Source: a bacterium
GTDB taxonomy: Bacteria; UBA8248
Reading direction: 5' to 3'
DNA length: 64,000 nt
Assembly: GCA_965204535.1 (NCBI GenBank)
Contig: OZ241996.1
Coordinates: forward strand, 384,001 to 448,000
Shown in pieces: positions 22,237 through 33,734 of the stretch (the stretch's first letter is position 1; each line of letters begins with the position of its first letter). The translations under genes were made by a program, and so were the position numbers. The notes below the pieces were generated by a model that searched no databases, was not told the origin of the DNA, and saw nothing but the letters and a program-made list of their open reading frames with translations.

Positions 22237-23498
22237 TGTCTTTTTCCACGGAACTGTTCATCGGCTTCAGGCATTTGCGCTCGCGGAGCAAACTCGCCTT
22301 TGTCTCGCTCACGACCTGGATATCCGTGCTGGGCATCGCGCTGGGCGTCGCCACCCTCATCGTCGTTGTGGGAGTGATGACCGGGTTTCAGCGGGAATTC
22401 CGCGACAAGATACTGGGCACGCAGAGTCATATCGTCATCACGAGATCGGGCGCTAAATTGATGCGCAAATGGGAGGACGTCCTGGAAAAGGCACGCAAGC
22501 ATGAGGGCGTGGTGGCGGCGAGTCCGTTCGTGTATGGCCAGGCGATGTTCTCGTTCAAGAACCGTGTGCTGGGCGCGGTGGTGCGCGGGATTGTTCCGGA
22601 CCGGGAAATCGACGTGACGGACATCAGGAAATACTTGAAGGACGGTTCGCTGAACAAGATTCTGGGGAAAACCAGCGCGGGCAAGCCGGGCATTATCATA
22701 GGGGCCGAACTCGCGAAAAACCTCTTCCTCAAAGAGGGCGACACGGTGACGATGGTCAGCCCCGTGGGGGTGGTTACGCCCATGGGTCTGGTGCCCCGAA
22801 CGAAAAAATTCCAGATAGTGGGCATCTTCCGCAGCGGCTTTTATCAGTACGATGCCGGACTCTCGTTCGTCTCGATGAAAGAGAGCCAGGCATTCTTCGG
22901 GTTCGGCAAATCCGTGACGGGGGTGCATTTGCGCGTGAAGGACATTTTCTCGGCGGAGCGCATTTCCCGCAAGATTCAGGGCGCGCTCTCGGGGACGTAT
23001 TCTTCCCGCTCCTGGCAGGAAATGAACCGCAACCTGTTTTCCGCGCTGAAAACGGAAAAAACCACGCTCACCATCCTTCTCCTCCTCGTCGTCGTCGTGG
23101 CCGCCTTCAACATCATCGGCTCGCTCGTCATGGTGGTGATGGAGAAGGGGCGCGAAATCGCAATCCTGAAGTCGATGGGGGCTACAAGCGGCGCCATTTT
23201 GAGGATATTTTTCGTGCAAGGCGCTTTTATCGGTCTGGTAGGGGCTGTTTTGGGCACCGGTGGTGGCCTCGTTCTGGGATGGAATCTCCATGTGGTGGAG
23301 GATTTTTTAGAGCGCGTCTTTGGTCTGGACATACTGCCTCCCAGCGTTTACCATATAGAGAAATTACCGGTGCAGATGACGCCTTTTGATGTCTCTGTTA
23401 CGGCAGTGGTTGCTTTTATTATCTGTTTGGCGGCGACACTTTATCCAGCGTGGCGGGCTTCTCGCGTCGATCCGGTAGAAAATCTCCGTTATGGTTGA
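22233..23498 (+). CDS. lolE: Lipoprotein-releasing ABC transporter permease LolC/E
   Basis: [49 protein letters not shown]. Confidence 0.9.
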   Translation: MMSFSTELFIGFRHLRSRSKLAFVSLTTWISVLGIALGVATLIVVVGVMTGFQREFRDKILGTQSHIVITRSGAKLMRKWEDVLEKARKHEGVVAASPFVYGQAMFSFKNRVLGAVVRGIVPDREIDVTDIRKYLKDGSLNKILGKTSAGKPGIIIGAELAKNLFLKEGDTVTMVSPVGVVTPMGLVPRTKKFQIVGIFRSGFYQYDAGLSFVSMKESQAFFGFGKSVTGVHLRVKDIFSAERISRKIQGALSGTYSSRSWQEMNRNLFSALKTEKTTLTILLLLVVVVAAFNIIGSLVMVVMEKGREIAILKSMGATSGAILRIFFVQGAFIGLVGAVLGTGGGLVLGWNLHVVEDFLERVFGLDILPPSVYHIEKLPVQMTPFDVSVTAVVAFIICLAATLYPAWRASRVDPVENLRYG

Positions 23499-24225
23499 TT
23501 CGGGCACATTGGAGATGAGCGAATCTGCAGCACCAGAAGAGGTGTCGACGCAGGTCATCGTCACAAAGGGACTGGAAAAATCATACGCCATGGGCAGCGG
23601 CGAAGTGATGGCTCTGAGCGGAGTCGATCTCGAAGTTGCGCATGGCGAGATGGTGGCCGTCATGGGAGTCTCCGGAGCGGGGAAAACCACCTTGCTCCAT
23701 CTTTTGGGAGCGCTCGACAGGCCGACGAAAGGCGAAGTGATTCTGGAGGGAAAAAGCCTGTATGAGCGTTCCGAGGTCGAGTTGGCTCGACTGCGAAATC
23801 AGCATGTGGGCTTTGTATTCCAGTTTCATCATCTGTTGCCGGAGTTTTCCGGGCTGGAAAATGTTATGATACCCGGGCTGCTCCGCGGCGACCGGAAAAA
23901 AGAGGTGGAGGAGCAGGCGAAGGAATTGTTAAGCCGGATGGGCCTGGCCGACAGGTGGAATCATCGGCCTGGAGAACTTTCCGGGGGGGAGCAGCAAAGG
24001 GTTGCTATTGCACGCGCGTTAATTAACAATCCTTCTGTGGTACTCGCGGATGAACCAACGGGGAATCTGGATTCGTCAACCGCGGGAACGATATTTGAAT
24101 TGCTTCGAGAGATTAACGAGAGAAGCAGGCAAACGATTCTGGTGGCGACGCACAATGCTTCGATGGCGGAGAAAATGGATCGTGTGATCGCCGTGGTGGA
24201 TGGGAAAATAGCTCAAAAAAAGTAA
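23491..24225 (+). CDS. lolD: Lipoprotein-releasing ABC transporter ATPase
   Basis: GVSGAGKTT, GFVFQFHHLLPEF, LSGGEQQR, LADEPTGNLD. Confidence 0.93.
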   Translation: MVDSGTLEMSESAAPEEVSTQVIVTKGLEKSYAMGSGEVMALSGVDLEVAHGEMVAVMGVSGAGKTTLLHLLGALDRPTKGEVILEGKSLYERSEVELARLRNQHVGFVFQFHHLLPEFSGLENVMIPGLLRGDRKKEVEEQAKELLSRMGLADRWNHRPGELSGGEQQRVAIARALINNPSVVLADEPTGNLDSSTAGTIFELLREINERSRQTILVATHNASMAEKMDRVIAVVDGKIAQKK

Positions 24226-24235
24226 GGAGGGCCGT

Positions 24236-26680
24236 ATGTTCAAGCGATTCACCGAGCGCGCCCGAAAAGTCATTATCCTCGCCAGAGAAGAGGCTGAGCA
24301 CTATCGACACGAATACCTGGGCACCGAACATGTCTTGCTTGGCGTGCTGAAGGATGGGGGCGGGATCGCCATAGCCGTTTTGCAGAAGCTGGGTGTCGAC
24401 CCCAAACAGCTTCGGCTGGAGCTTGAACGTAATTTGCCCAAGAGTTTGAGCGGCCCCGTGGAAGGGGACATCCCGTTCACCCCGAAAGCGAAGAAAGTGC
24501 TTGAGTACGCCGTCGAAGAGGCCCGTCTGATGGGCCACAACTATATCGGCACCGAGCATCTGTTGTTGGGTATTGTCCGCGAGAAAGATGGATTGGCTGC
24601 GAAAATCCTGGCCAGTTTCGGCGTCAAGCTCCAGCAGACGCGGGAGCAGACCATCAACCTCTTGAGGGAGCCGGTGGCTGCGCGTTCTCGCGAGAAGAGC
24701 AAGACGCCCGCGCTCGATGAATTCGGGCGCGACCTCACGGAGTTTGCCGAGGAGGGGAAACTCGACCCGGTCATCGGGCGGGAGCAGGAAATAGAGCGCG
24801 TTATCCAGATTCTCGCGCGACGGACGAAAAACAATCCCGTCCTGATCGGCGAGCCCGGCGTCGGGAAAACGGCGATTGTCGAGGGCTTGGCTCAATCGAT
24901 TATCTCGAAGGAAGTTCCCCAGATTTTGTACAACAAGCGCGTGGTTCAGCTTGATCTGGGTGCTTTGGTCGCAGGGACGAAATACCGCGGACAATTCGAG
25001 GCGCGCCTGAAAGCCATCATGAAGGAGATCACGCAAAGCCAGGATGTGATTATCTTCATCGATGAACTGCATACCCTGGTGGGCGCGGGCGCGGCGGAAG
25101 GCTCCATTGATGCTTCGAACATGCTGAAACCTGCGCTCAGCCGCGGAGAAGTTCAGTGCATCGGCGCCACCACACTGGATGAATATCGAAAATATATCGA
25201 GAAAAACGGCGCTTTGGAGCGGCGCTTCCAAACCGTGATGGTGGACCCGCCGTCGGTGGATGACACGGTCAGCATTTTGAAGGGCCTCAGGGACAAATAT
25301 GAGAAACACCACCGCGCGCAGTTGACGGACGATGCACTGGTCTCCGCCGTTCGCCTGTCGTCCCAGTACGTGTCGGATCGCTTCCTGCCGGACAAAGCGA
25401 TAGACGTCATCGATGAGGCGTGCAGCAAGGTTCGCCTCGAGAAAGAAACGTTCCCCACCAACATCCGGGATCTTCAGCGCCAGATTGAAGATACGGTTCG
25501 CACCAAGAAAGACATGATCGAAAAGCAAGATTTTGAAAAGGCCGTCGAGTTGCGCGACCAGGAGGAGCAGGACAGAAGCAGGCTCGACGAGTTGAAGGCG
25601 GAGTGGGAAGCGGAGCAAACCGATGAGGAGCCGTATGTCACCGAAGATGATGTGGCTTACGTCGTCAGCCGGATGACCGGGATTCCGCTGCAGCGCATCG
25701 GAGAAGTAGAGAACGAGCGTCTTCTCCGGATGGAAGAGGAGTTGAACAGCCACATCATCGGGCAGGAAGAAGCCACGCGCGCCCTGACGAAGGCGGTTCG
25801 CCGGGCGCGTGCCGGCCTGAAAGGGCCGAAGCGCCCGATCGGCAGCTTCTTGTTCCTGGGTCCCACGGGCGTGGGCAAGACCGAAATGGCCAGAATGCTC
25901 GCCCAGTTCATGTTCGGCGACCCGAACGCCCTCATTCGCATCGACATGAGTGAATACATGGAGAGATTCAACGTCTCCCGCCTCACCGGAGCACCTCCTG
26001 GATATGTCGGCTATGAGGAGGGAGGACAACTCACCGAGCGTGTTCGCAGAAAGCCTTACTCCGTCGTGCTCCTCGATGAAATCGAGAAGGCGCATCCCGA
26101 TGTCTACCACGTTTTGCTCCAGGTGATGGACGACGGTTTGCTCACCGACAGCTATGGCCGCAATATCGACTTCAAGAATACCGTCATCATCATGACTTCG
26201 AATCTGGCGGCCCGATCCATCGAGAAAGGGACATCCCTCGGCTTCCAGAAGGTGGACACGGGCCTCGGCTTCGACAAGATGAGGGACAGCATTCGCGATG
26301 AACTGAAGCGCACCTTCAATCCTGAGTTTCTGAACCGGATTGATGATGTCATCATCTTCCGGCCGTTGACCCACGAGGACATCCTGAAAATCGTGGATAT
26401 CGAAATCTCCAAGGTCAATGAGACGCTGAATGAAAAGGAAATGACGATTGAACTGAGCGACGAGGCCAAAGACTGGATTGCCAGACAAGGGTTCGAACCG
26501 GCCTATGGGGCAAGGCCTCTGCGCCGCATCATCCAAAAGCACATCGAAGACACCCTCAGCGAAGAAGTTTTGCACGGTAAATTCCAGGACGGGGGAACGA
26601 TCCTGGCGAAGCTGGCTGGGGATGAATTGGTATTCGAACTGAAAGAAGACACGGAAGTGCTCAGTGTCCAGGACCTATAG
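24236..26680 (+). CDS. clpC: ATP-dependent Clp protease ATPase subunit, ClpC-type
   Basis: [12 protein letters not shown], two Clp-N repeats, [11 protein letters not shown] middle domain (FEKAVELRD), [22 protein letters not shown] ClpP-binding loop. Confidence 0.93.
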   Translation: MFKRFTERARKVIILAREEAEHYRHEYLGTEHVLLGVLKDGGGIAIAVLQKLGVDPKQLRLELERNLPKSLSGPVEGDIPFTPKAKKVLEYAVEEARLMGHNYIGTEHLLLGIVREKDGLAAKILASFGVKLQQTREQTINLLREPVAARSREKSKTPALDEFGRDLTEFAEEGKLDPVIGREQEIERVIQILARRTKNNPVLIGEPGVGKTAIVEGLAQSIISKEVPQILYNKRVVQLDLGALVAGTKYRGQFEARLKAIMKEITQSQDVIIFIDELHTLVGAGAAEGSIDASNMLKPALSRGEVQCIGATTLDEYRKYIEKNGALERRFQTVMVDPPSVDDTVSILKGLRDKYEKHHRAQLTDDALVSAVRLSSQYVSDRFLPDKAIDVIDEACSKVRLEKETFPTNIRDLQRQIEDTVRTKKDMIEKQDFEKAVELRDQEEQDRSRLDELKAEWEAEQTDEEPYVTEDDVAYVVSRMTGIPLQRIGEVENERLLRMEEELNSHIIGQEEATRALTKAVRRARAGLKGPKRPIGSFLFLGPTGVGKTEMARMLAQFMFGDPNALIRIDMSEYMERFNVSRLTGAPPGYVGYEEGGQLTERVRRKPYSVVLLDEIEKAHPDVYHVLLQVMDDGLLTDSYGRNIDFKNTVIIMTSNLAARSIEKGTSLGFQKVDTGLGFDKMRDSIRDELKRTFNPEFLNRIDDVIIFRPLTHEDILKIVDIEISKVNETLNEKEMTIELSDEAKDWIARQGFEPAYGARPLRRIIQKHIEDTLSEEVLHGKFQDGGTILAKLAGDELVFELKEDTEVLSVQDL

Positions 26681-26732
26681 TTTCACTGCAAAATTGAAAC
26701 TTGTTTCCCCTTTTTTCTCGGGGGGTGGTCTT

Positions 26733-29048
26733 ATGCGTTGTGCGGCGAAGGTGTTGGCCTGCGCCGTGGTGGCCGTCGTGTTGCTTATTGCCGCTCCGCA
26801 TGAGGCGAAGGGGCAGTCGGACTCACCGGCCATCACGATACGGGCCATTGAAGTCAAGGGGAATCGCCGGGTCGACCGTTCCACCGTTCTTTTCTATGTC
26901 CGGCTGAAAGAGGGGCAAAACTACACCAACGTAGAATTGGTCAAGCAAATCCGCGCGGATGTCCGGGCCATATACAAACTGGGATTCTTCCGGGATGTGA
27001 GGGTTCAAGTGGAGTCTCTGGAAGGCGGGCTCCGCGTGATATATCAACTCAGCGAAAAGCCCACGATCAACCAGATCGAAATCATCGGAAACAGCAACCT
27101 GGACCTCGAGAAAATCCGCGAGCGCATGACGGTGAAGGTTCAGACCATCGTCAACGAATCCATCCTGAAAGAAAGTGTCCGTAATGTACGAAAACTCTAT
27201 CAGGAAAGCGGCTATTATTTCGCGCGCGTAGAAGCGGTTCTCAAGGAAAGCGGCCCGAATACGGTGGCCGTCACCCTGGTGATCGACGAGGGGGAAAGCG
27301 TCAGCATCGGCTCGATCAATTTCGAAGGCAACGAGAACGTCTCCAAAAGAGAATTGTTCAAGGTCATGGAAACCAGCGAGAAGGGTTTTTTCTCTTTCCT
27401 GACGAGTTCGGGGATATTCAACGAAGATGAACTGCAGAGGGACCTGGTGCGGATTCGCTTGCTGTACGAGAGCCGCGGCTACGCCAAGGTTCAGGTCAGC
27501 CAGCCCGTCATTCGCGAGGACCGGGGGAGGAACCGCATCGATATAACGATTCCCGTCCGCGAAGGCTTCCGGTACAGAGTCGCCAAAATCGAGGTTCGCG
27601 GCGGGGAGGACGTCATCCCCGTAGAAGAGATTCGGCGGAAAATGCTTGTTTTCGTCGGCGATATTTTCAACAAAACCCGCCTGCTCGCCGACGTGCGCAA
27701 GATAACGAATCAATTCTCCAACCGAGGCTATACGTTCGCGGACGTGAACAGTTTCACGAAAGCGGACGATAAGAAGAAAACGGTCGACATCACGGTGCGA
27801 ATCAACAAGGGGCGAAGGGTATACATCGGAAAGGTGGCGGTAAAAGGCAATACCCGCACTCGCGAGAACGTGATTCGCCGCAACGTTCGCGTTATCGAGG
27901 GGTCTCTGTACAGCGCGAGGGGACTGGAGTTGACGCGTCAGCGTCTGAGACGCAAGAACTATTTCGAAACGGTGAAGGTCGTTGAAAAACGGCGTCCCGG
28001 CAACGATGAAATCCTCGATATCGAAATCGAGGTGAAGGAGAAACCGACCGGCTCCATAACGGGCGGCCTCGGCGTCAATAGCGACGAGGGCCTTTACGGG
28101 CAAGGCGAATTGAGAGAAGCGAATTTGTTCGGCAAGGGTCTGGTTGGCTCCCTGTTCACCAGAATTTCTTCCGATCGCTTTGATTTGGTTGCGGAATACT
28201 TCGACCCCAGTTTCCGGGACTCCGGCTATTCGCTTGGGGGAAGTCTCTTTTTCGTCGATCAGGAGTACAGTACTTTCGACAACGAAAGGCAGGGCGCCCG
28301 GATAACGGTCGGCAAGGAATTTCAGGAGTTTTTGAGGGGTTTCCTCTCCTATGAGATCGCGGAATCGGAAATCAGCAATGTTTCCGCCAATGCGATATCC
28401 ACGATTCTCGCGCAGGAAGGGGAAACTTTCCTCGAAAGCAGCATCATTCCGAGGCTGGTCTACGATAGCCTGAACAGACCCATTTTCCCGACGGACGGCA
28501 CTTACTGGAGCATCGCCTCCACGATTTCTTCATCGGCGTTGGGTGGAAACGTCGACGTTCTCACCGCAGAAGCGGAATTCAGGCAATATCATAACATCGG
28601 GGAGCGTTTCCGAATCCGCCTTTTGCGGGATTTGGTCTTGAGTTTGCGGGGCAATGTTCGCTTCGCCGAAGCGCTCGATGGCGAAGCGCCCGCGTTCCGT
28701 CGTTTGTACGCCACGAGAAGGTACACCGTTCGAGGATTCACTTCCGACGACCTGGGGCCGAAGGATTCGCAGGGCGAAGCCATAGGCGGATTCTCCGCCG
28801 CTCTCGGCTCCGTTGAATTGACGCATCCTTTCATCGGCCCGACGCAGGTCGCGGTTTTCTTTGATATGGGAAACATCTGGGATGAGGATAATGCCTTCGA
28901 TTTCGGGGAATTGAGGTACGGCGCCGGAATCGGCTTGCGCATCGTGACGCCGATCGGCCCCATGCGGCTCGATATCGGATACAAGCTGGACAGAAAAGAC
29001 AACGAGCGCAGAAGGGAAGCGCATTTGGGAATCGGGGCCGCGTTCTAG
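26733..29048 (+). CDS. bamA: Outer membrane protein assembly factor BamA
   Basis: Signal peptide, POTRA repeats (GNRRV, GNTRTRENVIRR), VRGF loop motif, TPIGPMRLD, terminal Phe. Confidence 0.93.
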   Translation: MRCAAKVLACAVVAVVLLIAAPHEAKGQSDSPAITIRAIEVKGNRRVDRSTVLFYVRLKEGQNYTNVELVKQIRADVRAIYKLGFFRDVRVQVESLEGGLRVIYQLSEKPTINQIEIIGNSNLDLEKIRERMTVKVQTIVNESILKESVRNVRKLYQESGYYFARVEAVLKESGPNTVAVTLVIDEGESVSIGSINFEGNENVSKRELFKVMETSEKGFFSFLTSSGIFNEDELQRDLVRIRLLYESRGYAKVQVSQPVIREDRGRNRIDITIPVREGFRYRVAKIEVRGGEDVIPVEEIRRKMLVFVGDIFNKTRLLADVRKITNQFSNRGYTFADVNSFTKADDKKKTVDITVRINKGRRVYIGKVAVKGNTRTRENVIRRNVRVIEGSLYSARGLELTRQRLRRKNYFETVKVVEKRRPGNDEILDIEIEVKEKPTGSITGGLGVNSDEGLYGQGELREANLFGKGLVGSLFTRISSDRFDLVAEYFDPSFRDSGYSLGGSLFFVDQEYSTFDNERQGARITVGKEFQEFLRGFLSYEIAESEISNVSANAISTILAQEGETFLESSIIPRLVYDSLNRPIFPTDGTYWSIASTISSSALGGNVDVLTAEAEFRQYHNIGERFRIRLLRDLVLSLRGNVRFAEALDGEAPAFRRLYATRRYTVRGFTSDDLGPKDSQGEAIGGFSAALGSVELTHPFIGPTQVAVFFDMGNIWDEDNAFDFGELRYGAGIGLRIVTPIGPMRLDIGYKLDRKDNERRREAHLGIGAAF

Positions 29049-29071
29049 GATCGCGCGCGCCGATTTCGACT

Positions 29072-29662
29072 TTGATGAGGAGGATGTCTGAAGTGAGGCG
29101 GTATGGCCCATCTGTTTTGATCCTTTCAATGCTTCTCGCCTTCGGCTATGCGGGTCATGCGGAATCGGCGGGTGTGAAATACGGCGTCGTCAATATTCAG
29201 CGCGTATTGCGGGTTTCGAAAGGCGGCCGGGCCGCGAGTTCGTCTTTGGAGAGGGAGAGAAACAGGCTTCAAAGCGCGATTCGGAAAAGGCGCGACGAAT
29301 TGAGCATACTTGCGAACAAGGTGCGGGATTTGCAGGTGGAGATCGAGCAGAAAAGCGGGGTTTGGCGCCAGGAGGAAAAAGAGCGCAAGGCGTTCGACTT
29401 GCGTTCCCAAAGAAGGGAACTCGCACGTGAGCAGGACAATTTGAGGCGACTGGTGCGAGAGAGCGAACGAGACCTGCAAGACCGCCGAAGAATAGCCACC
29501 GAGAAGGTTTTGAAAGAAGTTCGCGTGATCGTTGAGGACATCGGAAAAAACGAAGGTTATGACGTCGTCGTAGACAATGCCTCAGGCGGTGTTTTGTTCG
29601 TCAACCCGAAAGTGGATCTTACGGAGAGGGTGATCAAGCTATACGACCAGAAGAAGAAATAA
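29072..29662 (+). CDS. skp: OmpH/Skp periplasmic chaperone
   Basis: Signal peptide, GVVNIQRVL, coiled coil, GYDVVVD...DLTERVI; lies between bamA and lpxD. Confidence 0.85.
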   Translation: MMRRMSEVRRYGPSVLILSMLLAFGYAGHAESAGVKYGVVNIQRVLRVSKGGRAASSSLERERNRLQSAIRKRRDELSILANKVRDLQVEIEQKSGVWRQEEKERKAFDLRSQRRELAREQDNLRRLVRESERDLQDRRRIATEKVLKEVRVIVEDIGKNEGYDVVVDNASGGVLFVNPKVDLTERVIKLYDQKKK

Positions 29663-29663
29663 A

Positions 29664-30671
29664 ATGCTTCTCGCGGACATCGCTAATCTGCTTGGCGGGG
29701 AATTGATCGGTGACGGGAGCGTGGATATACACGACGTGGCCGAGTATGAAAGGGCTTCGCCGAAAGATTTGAGCTACGTGGAGTCGGCGAAAAAACTGAG
29801 TGCGCATTCTGACGCAGGCGCTCTCATCGTTCCTCAGGGGCTGGAAACCAACCGCCCCTCGATTTCAACCAAAAACCCCCGATTGTCTTTCGCCCGCGCG
29901 GTTTCACTGTTCCGGCCACCCCGGAAATTCCAGCCGGGAATTGATGCCCAGGCCAGTATCTCCGATACGGCCCGCATCGGAGACGGCGCATATGTCGGGC
30001 CATTTGCATCTCTAGCCGGCGGTGCAGCGGTAGGCGATGGTTCCTATATCGGGGCGGGTGTGCATGTCGGCGAGAACGTGAGCATAGGTTCCGGGTGTTT
30101 CATACACCCGAATTGTGTTTTGTATGCGGAAGTGGAAATCGGGGCGAGGGTCATTCTTCATGCGGGAGTCGTCGTCGGGGCGGACGGGTTTGGATACATT
30201 CCCGATGAGGGGGGCCGTATTTTCAAGTACCCGCAGACCGGGAGGGTCGTCATTGAAGAGGACGTGGAAATCGGGGCGAACACCACGATAGATCGCGCTA
30301 CGTTGAGGGAAACGAGAATCGGACGCGGCACGAAAATCGACAACCTAGTGCAAATTGCGCACAACGTCGTGATTGGGGAGGATTGCATATTAGCGAGCCA
30401 GGTGGGCATCTCAGGCAGTGTGAGAATCGGCCGGGGCGTCATGATGGGCGGCCGTGTCGGGGTGGTGGATCATGTCGAAATCGGTGACGGCGCGAAAATC
30501 GGAGCTGATACCGGTGTGCTGAAGAGCCTGGAGGGCGGGAAAGTGTATATGCACAACCCGGCCACGGAAGTTCGCGATGCGCGCAGGCGAATTGCGGTAT
30601 TGAGGAATTTGCCGAGGCTTTCGGATAGAGTGAATCAACTCGAAAGAAAGATCGGCGAACTGGAATCATGA
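29664..30671 (+). CDS. lpxD: UDP-3-O-acylglucosamine N-acyltransferase
   Basis: Hexapeptide repeats, [31 protein letters not shown]. Confidence 0.96.
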   Translation: MLLADIANLLGGELIGDGSVDIHDVAEYERASPKDLSYVESAKKLSAHSDAGALIVPQGLETNRPSISTKNPRLSFARAVSLFRPPRKFQPGIDAQASISDTARIGDGAYVGPFASLAGGAAVGDGSYIGAGVHVGENVSIGSGCFIHPNCVLYAEVEIGARVILHAGVVVGADGFGYIPDEGGRIFKYPQTGRVVIEEDVEIGANTTIDRATLRETRIGRGTKIDNLVQIAHNVVIGEDCILASQVGISGSVRIGRGVMMGGRVGVVDHVEIGDGAKIGADTGVLKSLEGGKVYMHNPATEVRDARRRIAVLRNLPRLSDRVNQLERKIGELES

Positions 30672-31105
30672 TTGATAGCCAGCGGATACAGGAATTAATC
30701 CCGCACAGGGATCCGTTTCTTTTCGTCGATCAGGTGACCTCACTCAATGCGGAAGAAAAATCTGTCGTAGCCCGGAAAACGATTTCGATTGATGAACCTT
30801 TCTTCAGGGGTCATTTCCCCGGTAATCCCATCATGCCAGGAGTTTTGATCATCGAGGCGTTGGCGCAGACCGGTTTGATTTGCCTGTTCGAGTTGAAAAT
30901 GGTCGAACCCGATGCCGATTTTTTCTTCACCGGCATCGAGCAGGTGAAATTCAGGCGTCCCGTCGTTCCCGGTGATTTGCTGGAGTTGCACGCAAAACTC
31001 CTGAAAAACAGAAGGACTTTGTGGAAGTTTGAAGGGCGGGCATTTGCAGGGGGTCAGATAGCCGCCGAAGGTGTTTTCTCCGCTTACGCCGTCCCCCGGT
31101 CCTGA
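30668..31105 (+). CDS. fabZ: 3-hydroxyacyl-ACP dehydratase
   Basis: [43 protein letters not shown]. Confidence 0.96.
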   Translation: MIDSQRIQELIPHRDPFLFVDQVTSLNAEEKSVVARKTISIDEPFFRGHFPGNPIMPGVLIIEALAQTGLICLFELKMVEPDADFFFTGIEQVKFRRPVVPGDLLELHAKLLKNRRTLWKFEGRAFAGGQIAAEGVFSAYAVPRS

Positions 31106-31111
31106 TAAACA

Positions 31112-31894
31112 TTGAACGATATAGCTCCCACTTCCCATATCCATCCGGAAGCACATCTCGGGCAGGGTTTGAAAATCGGCCCGGGCGCTTTTGTGGGCCC
31201 AAACGTGATTCTTCGGGACGGCTGCGAAATCGGACAAAACGCAACCATTCAGGGACCTGCCGTCGTAGGGGAGGGGTGCCGGATTTTTCCGAATGCCGTC
31301 ATCGGTTTGGAAGCGCAGGTTGTTGATTTGCAGTCGGATTCGGGAGGGGTTGAAATCGGGGCGGGTACGACTATCCGCGAAACGGCGACCATCCATCGTT
31401 CGATGCACCAGGGTCAAAATACAGTAATCGGCCGAAAATGCTACATCATGGTCGGAGCGCATGTAGGCCATGACTGCCGTGTCGGCGACGAGGTGATCCT
31501 GGTGAACCATTGCTCCCTGGGAGGTCATGCGGAAGTGGGGGACAATAGCTTCATCTCCAACTTCATCGGCGTTCATCAGCGTATGCGAATCGGGGAAGGG
31601 GTGATTCTGGTGGGTCCCATTGCGGTGAGGAAAGATGTGCCTCCTTTCGTCAAGATGGCGGGTGCTCCTTTTCGTGTGGTCGGACTGAATGTGGTCGGTT
31701 TGCGCAGAAGGGGCGTTTCGGCCGAAGTGAGAGCGGAAATCAAGCGTGCATATGGAATCCTTTTCAACGGGCCGGGTACGATGGCGCAAAAAATAGAGGA
31801 AATAGAAGCGCAGGCGCCGTTAGGAGCGGAAATTCAATCCGTGGTAGAATTCGTGCGGAATTCGAAGAATGGCATCTACCAAGGCCGCGTGTAA
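31112..31894 (+). CDS. lpxA: Acyl-ACP--UDP-GlcNAc acyltransferase (divergent)
   Basis: Hexapeptide repeats, IRETATIHR, HVGHDC catalytic His, HQ, DVPPF, GLNVVGLRRRG. Confidence 0.9.
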   Translation: MNDIAPTSHIHPEAHLGQGLKIGPGAFVGPNVILRDGCEIGQNATIQGPAVVGEGCRIFPNAVIGLEAQVVDLQSDSGGVEIGAGTTIRETATIHRSMHQGQNTVIGRKCYIMVGAHVGHDCRVGDEVILVNHCSLGGHAEVGDNSFISNFIGVHQRMRIGEGVILVGPIAVRKDVPPFVKMAGAPFRVVGLNVVGLRRRGVSAEVRAEIKRAYGILFNGPGTMAQKIEEIEAQAPLGAEIQSVVEFVRNSKNGIYQGRV

Positions 31895-31923
31895 GTGTAA
31901 GTTTTTTACGAGGTTAAGAGCCC

Positions 31924-32895
31924 ATGCTGGATTCTCTACGAGTTGGCGTCGTCGGCGTCGGCCACATGGGTAGTTATCATGTGGCTGCACTCTCCGAGCT
32001 TTCGGACGCAAATCTGGCGGCTGTTTGTGACTTGGTTCCCAGCCGCGCCCAAGAACTGGCCGACAGATATGGTGCGGAGGCGTTCTCCGATCCCGCTGAC
32101 CTGATCGGTCTGGTAGATGCGGTTACCATCGCCGTACCCACCTTGCAGCATTTTGCGGTGTCGCGGATCTTCCTTGAGAACGGCATCCATGTTCTGGTGG
32201 AAAAGCCCATTTGTACTACGATGGAAGATGCCTGGAAATTGTTCGACCTGGCCACCGAAAGCAATCTGGTTCTTCACATCGGCCACGTGGAGCGGTTCAA
32301 CGGAGCTGTTCAGGAATTGGGCAACATCGTTGATGCGCCCACCCTGGTGGAATGCCGCAGGCTGGGGCCCTTCTCGCCGAGAGTGAGAGAAGACGGCGTC
32401 GTGCTCGACTTGATGATTCATGATCTGGACATCGTTTTGCGGCTCGTGGATGAGGAAATTGATTTGCTCTCGGCTACCGGGTCGAGTGTTCTGTCCGATC
32501 GGGACGACGTGGCGAATGTGCAGATTTGCTTTGAGGGCGGGTGCGTGGCGAATCTGACCGCAAGCCGTGTGACGCAGAACAAGATCAGGACGCTTTCCGT
32601 ATCGCAACCGGACGCGTTCATCACACTCGATTATGCGGACCAGGAACTGAGGATTCATCGACAGGCCGTAAGCGAGCACCAATTGACCCGGGAGGAGCTC
32701 AAATACCGCGAGCAATTCCAGGTGGAGAGGGTTTTCGTCCACAAAGGCAATCCGCTCCAGTTGGAGTTGCGGCATTTCTTGCAATCGGTACGACTCCGGG
32801 ATGTTGTTTCCGATCCGGAGAAAGAATTGCGGTCTTTGGAGATTGCCCTGCGTATCGTAGAGATGCTGAAAAACACCATGCCCTCAACTCACTAA
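31924..32895 (+). CDS. Gfo/Idh/MocA oxidoreductase, GnnA-like (UDP-GlcNAc 3-dehydrogenase candidate)
   Basis: GVVGVGHMG, HVLVEKPI, GHVERFN, VVLDLMIHDLD, ANLTASR; located between lpxA and lpxI/lpxB. Confidence 0.8.
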   Translation: MLDSLRVGVVGVGHMGSYHVAALSELSDANLAAVCDLVPSRAQELADRYGAEAFSDPADLIGLVDAVTIAVPTLQHFAVSRIFLENGIHVLVEKPICTTMEDAWKLFDLATESNLVLHIGHVERFNGAVQELGNIVDAPTLVECRRLGPFSPRVREDGVVLDLMIHDLDIVLRLVDEEIDLLSATGSSVLSDRDDVANVQICFEGGCVANLTASRVTQNKIRTLSVSQPDAFITLDYADQELRIHRQAVSEHQLTREELKYREQFQVERVFVHKGNPLQLELRHFLQSVRLRDVVSDPEKELRSLEIALRIVEMLKNTMPSTH

Positions 32896-32903
32896 AATTC
32901 CCC

Positions 32904-33734
32904 ATGCCGGATTCCCTGGAAAGAATAGGCCTCGTTGCAGGTTCGGGCAGGTTGCCGTCCGAGTTTGTATCCAGTGCGAAAAAGCGGGGCAAGCGCGTAT
33001 CCGTGGTGGCTTTGTCCGCAGAAATCGAGGCGACGCTGTCAGGAGAGGCGGATTCCATCGTCCACATCCCTCCCACCCAGCCAAATAAAATCATCCGGTT
33101 CTTCAGCGATGAGAATGTTGGAGAAATAGGGCTCGTGGGGAAGGTGGAGAAAAGTGTCTTGTTCCAATCTTTGCGCTTCGATTTGACGGTTCTGCGCTTC
33201 ATGAAGAATGCCAGGAATACGGCCGATACAACGGTCATGGATGCCGTTATCGAGTTTGTGGAAGAGAACGGGATGAAAGTCGTGCCCCAAACGAAATATC
33301 TCGAGCATCTCATGACCCCGCGTGGGGGCATCACGAAAAAGAAGTTGCCCCGGAATCAGCGAAAAGGGGCGGAATATGCGTTCCGGATGGCCCGGAGCGT
33401 CGCGGCCTTGGACATCGGCCAGACTGTGGTGGTTCACAAGGGGACGGTAGTCGCAGTGGAGGGTATCGAGGGTACGAACGAGGCGATCCGAAGGGGATGC
33501 GCTCTCGCCGGGAAAGGGGCTGTTGTCTGCAAGGTGGCCCGTCCCGAGCAGGACATGCGCTACGATGTGCCTACGGTGGGACCCGAGACCTTGCAGGTGA
33601 TGCGCGAAGGCGGCGCTTCGGGGTTGATCCTGGAAGCTGAGCGAACTTTTCTCATCGATCGCGAGCGCTTGATACGGGAAGCCGACGCGAATGGAATCTG
33701 CGTAGTCGGCTGGTCGGAAAATGAGATCGGATGA
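32904..33734 (+). CDS. lpxI: UDP-2,3-diacylglucosamine pyrophosphatase LpxI
   Basis: IGLVAGSGRLP, LDIGQTVVV, AVEGIEGTNEAIRR, QDMRYDVPTVG; real start ATG 32904. Confidence 0.92.
   Translation: MPDSLERIGLVAGSGRLPSEFVSSAKKRGKRVSVVALSAEIEATLSGEADSIVHIPPTQPNKIIRFFSDENVGEIGLVGKVEKSVLFQSLRFDLTVLRFMKNARNTADTTVMDAVIEFVEENGMKVVPQTKYLEHLMTPRGGITKKKLPRNQRKGAEYAFRMARSVAALDIGQTVVVHKGTVVAVEGIEGTNEAIRRGCALAGKGAVVCKVARPEQDMRYDVPTVGPETLQVMREGGASGLILEAERTFLIDRERLIREADANGICVVGWSENEIG

Noticed and set aside
24113-26575. Long antisense ORFs (820 aa opposite clpC; similar ones opposite pyc, PBP1A, smc, bamA and lysS)
   Set aside because: These are expected shadows of GC-rich coding genes, show no recognisable motifs, and fully overlap well-supported genes.
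24236-26680. ClpC-type ATPase inserted between lolD and bamA
   Set aside because: From recall, this arrangement occurs in several diderm lineages, so I did not treat it as novel.
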